A DNA stretch of 64,000 bases from an uncultured Clostridia bacterium (GTDB lineage Bacteria > Bacillota > Clostridia > UBA1381): contig CAJUFV010000171.1 in assembly GCA_910585795.1 (NCBI GenBank), positions 8,501 to 72,500 on the forward strand. The letters are read 5' to 3'. Every line of letters starts with the position of its first letter. Position 1 is the stretch's first letter. Position numbers and translations under genes: made by a program. Shown here piece by piece: positions 55,913 to 64,000 of this stretch. The notes below the pieces were generated by a model that was given only the letters and a program-made list of their open reading frames with translations, did not search any database and was not told the origin of the DNA.

Positions 55913-58321
55913 TTATTTACCAAAAAACTCTTTCGCATAATTAACAGAAGAAAGAGCGTCCTTACAATACTTATCCGCGCCAATCATATCTGCATATTCC
56001 TGAGTAAGCACCGCGCCTCCTACCCATACCTTCGCATCCAGACCGGCATTGCGTATTGCCCTGATAGTTTCCTCCATGCTTACAACCGTTGTTGTCATAA
56101 GCGCGGAAAGCCCGCACAAATGAATATCATTTTCCCTCATAACCGTAACGATTGTTTCAGGAGGAACATCTTTACCGAGGTCATAAACATCATAACCGTA
56201 ATTTTCAAGCAATACTCGAACGATGTTTTTGCCTATATCATGAATATCACCCTTAACGGTTGCCAGAGCAATTTTACCCTTACTTTCCTGAACTGCTCCG
56301 GAGCTTTGTATGTGCTCCTTTATAGCCTCGAACGAATTACTGACTGTTTCCGCGCTCATCATAAGCTGCGGAAGAAACATTGTGCCTTTTTCAAATTCAC
56401 GTCCTACAACATTAAGCGCTTCCACAAGAATATTATTTATAATATCCATCGGGTCTGTTGTTTTAAGCTGTTTCACCGTTTCATTATAAGACTGCTCCTT
56501 AAGTCCTTTTATTATAATATCAAACAAAGGATTGACATGCTCAGTCTGTTCTTCTCCCTGAATTTCACGCGTCACCGTAATCTGAGATTTTGTTCCGGCA
56601 TATGCGTTTATATACTCTTTGCAATCCTTATCGAAGCAGGACAGCGCCATAAATGCCCTGTAGGTATTAATCATCACGTCCGCGCAAGGATTTATTATAC
56701 ACGCGTCCAAACCGCTCTGAAGAGCCAGCGCAAAAAATGTTCCGTTTACAATTTCACGTCTGGGGAGTCCGAAGGAAATATTAGACACACCCAGCGTTGT
56801 GCATATCCCAAGCTCATCCTTAATTCGTTTCAGCGCCTTTATTGTCTCGGCAGACTCCGCCTGCTGGGCGGAAATTGTCAGTGTAAGAGCGTCCATAACA
56901 AGATTTTTTGATTTAATACCATAAGAAGCCGCCATATCACGTATATACTCTGCAATCTCAAATCTCTGCTCAGCCTTTGGAGGAATACCGTTTTCATCCA
57001 GACACAGACCGACAAGCACACCACCATATTTTTTTACTATAGGCATTATAGCCTCAATACTTTCCCTTTTACCGTTAACAGAATTTACCATCGGCTTGCC
57101 GTTATATATACGAAGAGCGCGCTCAATAGTAGCAGGATCAGAGCTGTCTATCTGAAGCGGAAGATTTACTGCCGCGCTTATTGCCTTCACTGCCTTTTCC
57201 ATAGTGGCGCATTCATCTATTTCCGGCAGTCCGACATTCACATCAAGTATATGAGCTCCAGCGTCACGCTGAGCAAAAGCCTCACCCAAAATATAATTTA
57301 TATCGCCGTTTCTAAGAGCCTCTTTAAATTTCTTCTTACCGGTCGGATTTATACGTTCTCCGACTATTACCGGCCCATTCCCCAGTACAACCGTTTTTGA
57401 ATATGACGCTATAACCGTAATATTCTTTTCTTCAACAACAGGCTTATATTTACCGCACATCTCCACAAGAGAGCGGATATGCGCCGGAGTTGTGCCGCAG
57501 CAGCCTCCAAGGGCGGATACTCCCAAACGGGCCATTTGTTCACACTGTCTGCCAAACTGCTTCGGAGACACATTATAAACTGTTTCACCGTTTTCAATCT
57601 GGGGCAGTCCGGCATTAGGCTGTGCCATAATTGGTATTGAGGAAATTTCCGTCAGCTTAATCATCATTTCAGTAATCTGTTCAGGACCCAAACCGCAGTT
57701 AATTCCCACACAGTCGACATTCAGTCCTTCCATAACTGCGGACATCACAGCCACGTCCCCTCCCGTAAGAGTTTTATAGCTTTCATCAAAAGTCATTGTG
57801 CAGAAAACAGGGAGCGATGTGTTTTCCTTTACAGCCAGAACAGCGGCCTTCGCTTCAAGCGTATCTGACATTGTTTCTATAATTACAAGGTCACAGCCGC
57901 ATTTTTCGGCAGTAACCGCAATTTCAGCAAACGCGTTATAGCAATCGTCAAAAGAAAGTCCGCCAAGCGGTTCCAAAAGCTTTCCGCAGGGTCCCATATC
58001 AAAAGCGACAAAACGCGGTTTATCATCTGATGAAAAACTAACAGCCGACTTTTTTGCTATACCAATTGCTGACGCGATTATTATATCCAGACTTATATCC
58101 GTTTCAAGCTTGAGCGGATTTGCGCCGAATGTATTGGCTGTTATAATATCCGCTCCCGCTTCAAGATATTCTTTGTGTATTTTTTCAACAATCTCAGGCC
58201 TTGTGATATTTAAAAGCTCAGGAATCTCTCCCGTGCCCATTCCGCTTTTTTGCAGCATAGTTCCCATACCGCCGTCAAAAAACAGCATTTTTTTACCGAG
58301 ATATTGTCTTATATTCTCCAT
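55913..58321 (-). CDS. metH: Methionine synthase, cobalamin-dependent, short form (Hcy-MT + pterin-binding + B12-binding; no AdoMet activation domain)
   Basis: 802 aa. It has an N-terminal homocysteine S-methyltransferase domain (FDGGMGT, GGCCGTTP) and a pterin-binding barrel. The B12-binding domain carries DxHxxG (GDIHDIGKNIV). The protein ends about 400 aa short of E. coli-type MetH. Confidence 0.9.
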   Translation of the reverse strand: MENIRQYLGKKMLFFDGGMGTMLQKSGMGTGEIPELLNITRPEIVEKIHKEYLEAGADIITANTFGANPLKLETDISLDIIIASAIGIAKKSAVSFSSDDKPRFVAFDMGPCGKLLEPLGGLSFDDCYNAFAEIAVTAEKCGCDLVIIETMSDTLEAKAAVLAVKENTSLPVFCTMTFDESYKTLTGGDVAVMSAVMEGLNVDCVGINCGLGPEQITEMMIKLTEISSIPIMAQPNAGLPQIENGETVYNVSPKQFGRQCEQMARLGVSALGGCCGTTPAHIRSLVEMCGKYKPVVEEKNITVIASYSKTVVLGNGPVIVGERINPTGKKKFKEALRNGDINYILGEAFAQRDAGAHILDVNVGLPEIDECATMEKAVKAISAAVNLPLQIDSSDPATIERALRIYNGKPMVNSVNGKRESIEAIMPIVKKYGGVLVGLCLDENGIPPKAEQRFEIAEYIRDMAASYGIKSKNLVMDALTLTISAQQAESAETIKALKRIKDELGICTTLGVSNISFGLPRREIVNGTFFALALQSGLDACIINPCADVMINTYRAFMALSCFDKDCKEYINAYAGTKSQITVTREIQGEEQTEHVNPLFDIIIKGLKEQSYNETVKQLKTTDPMDIINNILVEALNVVGREFEKGTMFLPQLMMSAETVSNSFEAIKEHIQSSGAVQESKGKIALATVKGDIHDIGKNIVRVLLENYGYDVYDLGKDVPPETIVTVMRENDIHLCGLSALMTTTVVSMEETIRAIRNAGLDAKVWVGGAVLTQEYADMIGADKYCKDALSSVNYAKEFFGK

Positions 58322-58658
58322 ATGAGTTGTCCTTTCAGCTTATTTCTTTATCAATTTAACAAAACACACTATAATTAATAAACAAAATTCAATATTATTG
58401 TAAAAAATAAGTGTATTTTTGTGTTCATATAAAAATACATGCTCTTTTTTTATATACTTGTTCTTTACGTGGCTAGAAATTTTTTAGCAACTATCGAAGC
58501 AATGTATTTTTTAACGCGCGATTAAATACATAAGAAGAATGATTTTTACCAATTACACGTATTGCCTCTATGCGTGCCGCCAAACAAAATGTAAAACCTA
58601 AAATTATGAAAGGGCTGTTTTTAACAGCCTTTTCAAATATAAAAAATTCAATGCTTTA

Positions 58659-59525
58659 TCAGAACAGATAACTTATAGACTCAACAATTTTCTCCGCGGT
58701 TTCCGGCTTATTCATCGTATACAGATGAATACCGTCCGTATCATTGGCAAGCAAGTCAATAATCTGGTCAACAGCATACGCAATACCGGCCTGCTTCAGC
58801 GCCTCCGGATTGTCCTGATATTTCGCAAACATACGAACAAATTTAGCCGGCATTGACGCGCCTCCGGACAAAACAGCCATACGCTGGATTTGTCCGGCAT
58901 TTGTAAGCGGCATAATGCCGGCGTTTATAGGCACGTCTATTCTCTTCCGCGCACATTTGTCACGGAATTTATAAAATTCATTATTATCAAAAAACATCTG
59001 TGTGACAAGAAAATCCACACCGGAATCTACCTTAATTTTCAAATTTTCAATATCTTTCTCCTGTGTGGATGAATCCGGGTGACATTCAGGATAACAAGCG
59101 CCTCCCACACAAAAACCGCCGAATTGCTTTATATCCTCGACAAGCTCGCTCGCATATTTGTATCCGGGGAAAATTTCTCCATTATAATCCTTTGGTTTAT
59201 CGCCGCGCAGCGCAAGAATATTTTCAAGCCCCTGTTCCCTGTATTCAATTAGCTGGTTAAGCACAGCTTCTCTTGTATTTGCTACACATGTTAAATGAGC
59301 AAGAGACGGTATTGACAGTTTATTTTTCATATGCGACGCCACCTGAGCGGTATTTTTTGAATTACTGCCGCCCGCGCCGTATGTAACGCTCATATAGTCA
59401 ATCGGTAATACGGACATTTTATCTACCGCCGCTAAAACTGCCTCAAGACCTGAATCCTGCTTCGGCGGAAACACCTCAAAGGACAGAACCGGTTTTTTTC
59501 GCGTAAATATATCTTTTATAAACAT
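58659..59525 (-). CDS. metF: Methylenetetrahydrofolate reductase
   Basis: SFEVFPPK, YMSVTYGAGGS and HLTC blocks. The start is at MFIKDIF (59525) with RBS GGGGAGA 9 nt upstream. The 44 extra N-terminal codons of the ORF track lack an RBS. Confidence 0.9.
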   Translation of the reverse strand: MFIKDIFTRKKPVLSFEVFPPKQDSGLEAVLAAVDKMSVLPIDYMSVTYGAGGSNSKNTAQVASHMKNKLSIPSLAHLTCVANTREAVLNQLIEYREQGLENILALRGDKPKDYNGEIFPGYKYASELVEDIKQFGGFCVGGACYPECHPDSSTQEKDIENLKIKVDSGVDFLVTQMFFDNNEFYKFRDKCARKRIDVPINAGIMPLTNAGQIQRMAVLSGGASMPAKFVRMFAKYQDNPEALKQAGIAYAVDQIIDLLANDTDGIHLYTMNKPETAEKIVESISYLF

Positions 59526-59559
59526 TTTGAAAAATCTCCCCGCAATAAATTTATCATAT

Positions 59560-59599
59560 CTATTGTTATTATAACAGTTTTGCTGTATAATGACAATAG
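59560..59599. promoter_or_regulatory. Face-to-face overlapping divergent promoters (metF and galU) forming a 40-bp imperfect palindrome
   Basis: Plus strand: TTGTTA (59563-59568)-N17-TATAAT (59586-59591). Minus strand: TTGTCA (59591-59596)-N17-TATAAT (59568-59573). Each -35 abuts or overlaps the -10 of the opposite promoter. Confidence 0.55.
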
Positions 59600-59700
59600 A
59601 TATAACTAAAATTTTAAGTCTGCATAAAATCATAAGACAGGCATACATATTATTCAATATGATTTTTCAGTCTTAACCAAGTAAAGAAAGGAATGAACTT

Positions 59701-60570
59701 ATGAAAATACGCAAAGCAGTAATACCGGCCGCAGGCTTTGGTACAAGATTTTTACCGGCAACAAAAGCAGTACCCAAAGAAATGCTTCCCATTATCGACA
59801 AACCTACTATCCAGTATATTGTAGAGGAAGCTGTCAACGCCGGTATAGAGGATTTACTGATAATTACTTCACGCGGCAAAGACGCGCTTATAAATCATTT
59901 TGACAAGGCCTTTGAACTTGAAACTATTCTTGAGCGTGACGGAAAAGAAGAAATGCTCTCGGCGGTACGTGACATTTCATATAAAATAAACGTGCATTTT
60001 ATTCGTCAGCAGGAGCAAAAAGGATTGGGTCACGCTGTTTTATACGCAAAAAGCTTTATCGGCCGCGAACCGTTTGCCGTTATGCTGGGCGATGATGTCG
60101 TAGTATCGGACAAGCCCTGTATAGGACAGCTTATTGAGCAGTATGAGCAATGCGGAGCAAGTATTCTGGGCGTTCAAAAAGTCGGTATGGAGCATGTTTC
60201 AAAATACGGAATCGTAGACTGTGAAAACGCAGGCGAAAGACTGTATACGCTTAAAGGCATGGTTGAAAAACCAAAAAAAGAAGATGCTCCCTCAGATATG
60301 GCAGTCCTTGGAAGATATATCATAACACCCGCTATATTCGACTGTCTCGAAAAAACACCAAAAGGCGCCGGCGGAGAAATACAGCTTACAGACGCTCTTG
60401 TAATGCTTGCAAAAAAGGAAAAAATATACGCTTATGACTTTATCGGAAAAAGATATGATATAGGCAGCAAACAAGGATTCTTACAGGCCACAGTTGATTT
60501 CGCTCTTTCAAGACCCGATTTGAAAGATGATTTTTCGGCATATCTTAAAAATATCACTCAAAAAATCTGA
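59701..60570 (+). CDS. galU: UTP--glucose-1-phosphate uridylyltransferase
   Basis: IRKAVIPAAGFGTRFLPATKAVPKEMLPIIDKPTIQYIVEEA is the canonical GalU N-terminus. The protein is 289 aa. Confidence 0.92.
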   Translation: MKIRKAVIPAAGFGTRFLPATKAVPKEMLPIIDKPTIQYIVEEAVNAGIEDLLIITSRGKDALINHFDKAFELETILERDGKEEMLSAVRDISYKINVHFIRQQEQKGLGHAVLYAKSFIGREPFAVMLGDDVVVSDKPCIGQLIEQYEQCGASILGVQKVGMEHVSKYGIVDCENAGERLYTLKGMVEKPKKEDAPSDMAVLGRYIITPAIFDCLEKTPKGAGGEIQLTDALVMLAKKEKIYAYDFIGKRYDIGSKQGFLQATVDFALSRPDLKDDFSAYLKNITQKI

Positions 60571-60578
60571 TAAAAACA

Positions 60579-60614
60579 AAGGCAGTACAGATTATAAAAA
60601 TACTGTACTGCCTT
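60579..60614 (+). terminator. Hairpin after galU (terminator-like)
   Basis: 12-bp perfect stem aaggcagtacag / ctgtactgcctt with a 12-nt loop. No strong U-tract follows it. Confidence 0.5.
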
Positions 60615-60751
60615 ATGCCATAAAAAATTATTGAGAACATAATTAATTATAACTCAATTTTTGATTAAATCAATAGCATACAGCATATTTCGTCAGCAAT
60701 AGCGCAAAATTTGTCAGCTTGTGTCAGATAAAGCCACGCAGTCACTTTATA

Positions 60752-60803
60752 CAAAAGAAAAAAGTCACAGCTTTATCGGAAAACATATCCAACTGTGACT
60801 TTT
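60752..60803 (-). terminator. Rho-independent terminator downstream of the phosphoesterase gene
   Basis: Stem gtcacag / ctgtgac extended by A/T pairs, with a 22-nt loop. On the minus strand it is followed by TTTTTTCTTTT. Confidence 0.6.
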
Positions 60804-60871
60804 TGTATATCATTACTATATTTTTGAGTGCAACGTACTTCTAATCCTTCCGTGATTTTTAACATATTTTA

Positions 60872-61342
60872 TTAAAGCTCCATTATATTTATTTTGGTCA
60901 TACCGTTTTCTATTTCCGCTACAGCATACGTTGCAGAAAAACGTATACTTCCGGGATTAATCATTGTCAGTCCGCAGTCATATGAGGTATACGGAATATG
61001 CGTATGGCCGAATACCGCAATATCAGCATTTTCCTTTTCCGCCGCGCCGCGCAAGGTTCGGTAATCCGACTCATATTTTACACGCTGTTCATGACCGTGA
61101 GTGATATATATGCGTACTCCGTCCACAATGACCGTCGTATACGACGGAGCGGACGAGAAAAAATCATTATTGCCTTTTACATAATAAATCGGCAAATCAG
61201 AATATATAGATTGAAGGTCCTCCGCGTCATTAGCATAATCCCCGGCATGAATAACCGCATATAAATTATCGCATGAGTTTATTATATCTAAACACCGGTT
61301 TATGTCACCATGTGAATCCGAAAAAATAAGTATTTTTTTCAT
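60872..61342 (-). CDS. YfcE/MJ0936-family metallophosphoesterase
   Basis: 156 aa with MKKILIFSDSHGD, HAGD, GNND and GHTH motifs. Confidence 0.85.
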   Translation of the reverse strand: MKKILIFSDSHGDINRCLDIINSCDNLYAVIHAGDYANDAEDLQSIYSDLPIYYVKGNNDFFSSAPSYTTVIVDGVRIYITHGHEQRVKYESDYRTLRGAAEKENADIAVFGHTHIPYTSYDCGLTMINPGSIRFSATYAVAEIENGMTKINIMEL

Positions 61343-61514
61343 ATCTCAATATCCTCCTATTTTCAGAGTATAGCATACAATCCATATTTTGTCAAAATAC
61401 GCTGTCGAAATATTTTTACCGCTCGACAACGAAAAACGACAAATTTATTCAATATGTAATGGTATAATATCCCTATTATGGTACAATACCCCTGTTGTGG
61501 AGGAGGATAAATAT

Positions 61515-63815
61515 ATGAGTCAGCCAGGGATAAAAGAACAAAGAAACATCGAGACGCTTCGAGCGCCTGTCATAAAGGATATCGGAATAAGCCTTCTGCT
61601 TCTGCTTGCTTCGCGGGCGTCGCTGCTTGGTATGTTTCCGTTTGGAGCAGCTTTTTTTGCGGCCTGCTTTGATAAAAGCATTGCTTACATAGGAATTACG
61701 GTAATTGCAGCCGCTCTTTTAACAACAGCCGGAAAAGCAGCTTTGGTCAAATATATGATTGCTGTACTGGTATTCTGGATATACACCAGATTTCGCACAA
61801 AAAACAATACTGTTGCGGACGCGGCCTGCTGCGGAGGCTCAATGTTTATAGGCGGACTGGCGTATCTTATATATAATTTTGCCGGCGTATATGACATACT
61901 TATTCTTCTTATTGAGTCCCTTGTGACCTCTGTAATGTTTATTATTTTCCAGAAGGCGTACGGACTAATGGAAAACCGACATAAACGGACTCAGACCGCC
62001 CAGGACGAGCTTATAAGCATCGCCATAAGTGTAGGTGTCATTATCACAGGCCTTTCTGGAATAGTATTTCCCCATAATATAAGCCTTGCCAATATTGTGT
62101 CAGTATATGCAGTAATGTGTATCGCGCTGCACGGAGGATTAGCGGCCGCTGGCAGCGGTGGACTTTGCATAGGCTTTATGTCATCTATGTCATCACCCGC
62201 GGCAGTGATTATGATGGGTATTTTCGGGATAAGCTCTCTTTTCGGAAATCTTCTAAAATCCTTTGGCAAATTCGGCGTAGCAATCGGATTTTTGGGCGGC
62301 AGCGCTGTCGCGCTTCTTTACGCGGGCAATACCTTTTCTCTGCCGCTGTCAGTTATAGAAACTGCTGTCGGAGCTTTATTATTTATCATTACTCCCAAGA
62401 AAATACATAATATTGTAAACGGTTTTTTCTCACGCTCACTTGTCATAGAAAGTCTTAGCCCAGATGTACGTATAAGAGAATATCTGTCCATGCAGCTTGA
62501 AAAAACGGCAAAAGCATTCAAAAGTCTTGAGGAATGCTTTGAAAACGCCTCTGAAAAGCGTCTTAAAGCATATAACAAAGACGTTGCGTCACTTTTTGAC
62601 GAGGTTGCTGACAGAGTATGCGAAGGGTGTCCAAACGCTCCCAAATGCTGGCAGAATGAATTCACACGCACTTACAGAAGTATTATGCTCCTGCTTGACA
62701 CCATAGAAACAAAGGGTATACTCTCGCTGGATTCCGTGCCTTTGAGCTTTCGTGAAAAATGTCTAAGATGCGAGCTTTTCGTTGTAGAATTTAATCACGT
62801 ATATGAACTGTACAAAAAAAATCTTGTCCGCATGGGAGAGGCGGTGACAAGCCGTGACCTTGTCGCGCGTCAGTACCGTGAGGTGGCTCATCTTATGGAG
62901 AGCATGTCCGAAGAAATTACAGCGGGATTTTCCTTCCGTGAGGATATGGAGGAACGAATTGTCGCAGAAATGGATAAATCAGGTATTACCGCGTTTGAGG
63001 TAAACGTCGTAGAAAACGGACGCGGAAAAATTGAAGTTTATCTTTCCGTAAATAAAGAAAATGAAACAGGTCTCATGGAAAGGGTTCTTTCAGAGATAAC
63101 AGAAGTACCGATGATATTTGAACAGCGCGTAGCGGGCGGACTTCTTAAATTCGCGGCCGGCGCTAAATTTACAGCAGAAGTTGCTTTAAAGCAAATATGC
63201 CGTGATTACAGCAAAGCATGCGGCGACAGCGCCGACAGCTTCACAACAGAGGACTACAAGCAATATATAATCCTGTCTGACGGTATGGGCAGCGGAAGAA
63301 GAGCTATGTCTGAAAGTCACATCACGCTGAAACTATTAAAGGAATTCCTTCAGTCAGGCTTTGGGGTAAGAACCGCTATTGAAATGATAAATTCAGCCTT
63401 ATGCCTGAAGCTTGACAACGAATGTTTTTCAACTATAGACCTGCTGTGTATAGACCTTATGACTGGCATATGCGAATTCTATAAAATAGGCGGCGCGGAA
63501 AGTATTCTTCTGCGCGGAACAAATGTTGAAACAGTATTTTCTGTATCACTTCCCGTAGGCATGATGTCCGATATAAAAGTACAGGGTCAGGCAAAAAGAC
63601 TCAATGACGGAGATACAGTAATTATGATGACAGACGGAGTAAGCGAAGCCGGATTTGGAACAGTACGAACCGAATGGCTGAAAAATCAAATTAAAATGCC
63701 ATTCGACACTATGGAGGACATGGCCCGTACTATGATTGAAACGGCTGTGAAAAAAAGCCGTGATGCTGTTGTGGATGATATGACCGTTGCCGCAATCAGG
63801 CTTATTGAAAATTAA
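61515..63815 (+). CDS. spoIIE: Stage II sporulation protein E (membrane PP2C phosphatase)
   Basis: About 10 N-terminal TM helices, a central regulatory region and a C-terminal PP2C domain (ILSDGMGSG, MMTDGV, DDMTVAAI). I chose the start at ATG 61515 because of RBS GGAGGAGG. The TTG at 61389 has no RBS. Confidence 0.9.
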   Translation: MSQPGIKEQRNIETLRAPVIKDIGISLLLLLASRASLLGMFPFGAAFFAACFDKSIAYIGITVIAAALLTTAGKAALVKYMIAVLVFWIYTRFRTKNNTVADAACCGGSMFIGGLAYLIYNFAGVYDILILLIESLVTSVMFIIFQKAYGLMENRHKRTQTAQDELISIAISVGVIITGLSGIVFPHNISLANIVSVYAVMCIALHGGLAAAGSGGLCIGFMSSMSSPAAVIMMGIFGISSLFGNLLKSFGKFGVAIGFLGGSAVALLYAGNTFSLPLSVIETAVGALLFIITPKKIHNIVNGFFSRSLVIESLSPDVRIREYLSMQLEKTAKAFKSLEECFENASEKRLKAYNKDVASLFDEVADRVCEGCPNAPKCWQNEFTRTYRSIMLLLDTIETKGILSLDSVPLSFREKCLRCELFVVEFNHVYELYKKNLVRMGEAVTSRDLVARQYREVAHLMESMSEEITAGFSFREDMEERIVAEMDKSGITAFEVNVVENGRGKIEVYLSVNKENETGLMERVLSEITEVPMIFEQRVAGGLLKFAAGAKFTAEVALKQICRDYSKACGDSADSFTTEDYKQYIILSDGMGSGRRAMSESHITLKLLKEFLQSGFGVRTAIEMINSALCLKLDNECFSTIDLLCIDLMTGICEFYKIGGAESILLRGTNVETVFSVSLPVGMMSDIKVQGQAKRLNDGDTVIMMTDGVSEAGFGTVRTEWLKNQIKMPFDTMEDMARTMIETAVKKSRDAVVDDMTVAAIRLIEN

Positions 63816-63860
63816 ATAGAAAAATTGCTCCGAATTTATACTGTTATCCTTAATATTATA

Positions 63861-63889
63861 TTGACAAATCAGTGTAAAAGTAATATAAT
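63861..63889 (+). promoter_or_regulatory. Consensus sigma-A promoter for the downstream metY-like gene
   Basis: TTGACA (63861-63866), exactly 17 nt, then TATAAT (63884-63889). The leader is about 35 nt. Confidence 0.65.
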
Positions 63890-63930
63890 TTTTTTCAAAC
63901 GGATAGATATATAAAGGAGAATTTAAAATA

Positions 63931-64000
63931 ATGGATAACGAACTTGAAAAATACGGATTTGCCACTCAATGTATTCACGCGGGCAATAAGCCTGACGCGG
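63931..64000 (+). CDS. PLP-dependent Cys/Met-metabolism enzyme, N-terminal fragment (O-acetylhomoserine sulfhydrylase-like)
   Basis: MDNELEKYGFATQCIHAGNKPDA. The F.T..IHAG..PD start is typical of MetY/MetB-family enzymes. RBS AAAGGAGA lies upstream. Only 23 codons fall inside the window. Confidence 0.5.
   Translation, partial: MDNELEKYGFATQCIHAGNKPDA

Noticed and set aside
61389-61514. The upstream extension of spoIIE from TTG 61389, together with similar N-terminal extensions in the ORF track: 6595-6654 on the kinase, 59526-59657 on metF, 14148-14177 on the NUDIX gene and 16907-16945 on comEB.
   Set aside because: The extensions lack RBSs, overlap upstream genes or intergenic promoters, and add non-homologous residues. 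In each case an internal ATG with a strong SD matches the family N-terminus.
1-64000. Search for tRNA, rRNA, tmRNA or RNase P genes and for CRISPR arrays in the intergenic regions. The regions checked include 9497-9856, 20205-20657, 44824-45299, 58322-58658 and 60615-60871.
   Set aside because: I saw no cloverleaf-compatible sequence, no conserved rRNA blocks and no regularly spaced direct repeats. The only repeat array (37802-37993) consists of 8-14-nt promoter-region motifs, not a CRISPR.

Overview
This is a Firmicutes/Clostridia-type chromosomal segment. The lineage call rests on SpoIIE, IreB, a split AICARFT/PurO-type PurH, an AraK-like kinase next to araD, and many TTGACA-N17-TATAAT promoters. 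Most of the window is tightly packed housekeeping DNA. It holds potA'BCD, araD plus an FGGY kinase, alaS, a HIT protein, a TIGR01212 radical-SAM protein, a DUF815 ATPase, a NUDIX hydrolase, dCMP deaminase and a minus-strand purine block (purE ... purD-purM-purN-purO-like-purH). It also holds a plus-strand purF plus a degenerate purF paralog, a MATE pump, an ECF sigma/anti-sigma pair, tadA, a PadR-DUF1700-DUF4097 triad, pheA-aroF, an AlkD-like protein, putP, trmB, metH, metF, galU, a YfcE-like phosphoesterase, spoIIE and the start of a metY-like gene. I recognised no tRNA, rRNA or CRISPR array. The one clear accessory region is about 25.34-38.70 kb. It is a 13.4-kb phage-like element made of one minus-strand operon running from packaging and head genes through siphovirus-type tail genes to holin and endolysin. 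That operon is transcribed divergently from a single XRE-HTH/S24 self-cleaving repressor. I could find no integrase, excisionase, replication or early-gene module. The small-terminase ORF is only the C-terminal half of a Terminase_2-type TerS, so the HTH DNA-binding domain is absent. My main hypothesis is an SOS-inducible, domesticated particle-producing element (GTA-like or PBSX-like) rather than a viable prophage. Secondary observations are a purF paralog lacking the catalytic Cys1, a long purE leader with an SD-sequestering helix but no recognisable purine or ZTP aptamer, and a palindromic face-to-face promoter pair between metF and galU. Others are an operator-like direct-repeat array in the phage-like control region, a canonical A_AAA_AAC -1 frameshift site in the tail chaperone genes, and methionine genes with no S-box or B12 leaders. 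All homology statements come from my reading of the translated ORFs (motifs and family resemblance), not from database searches.
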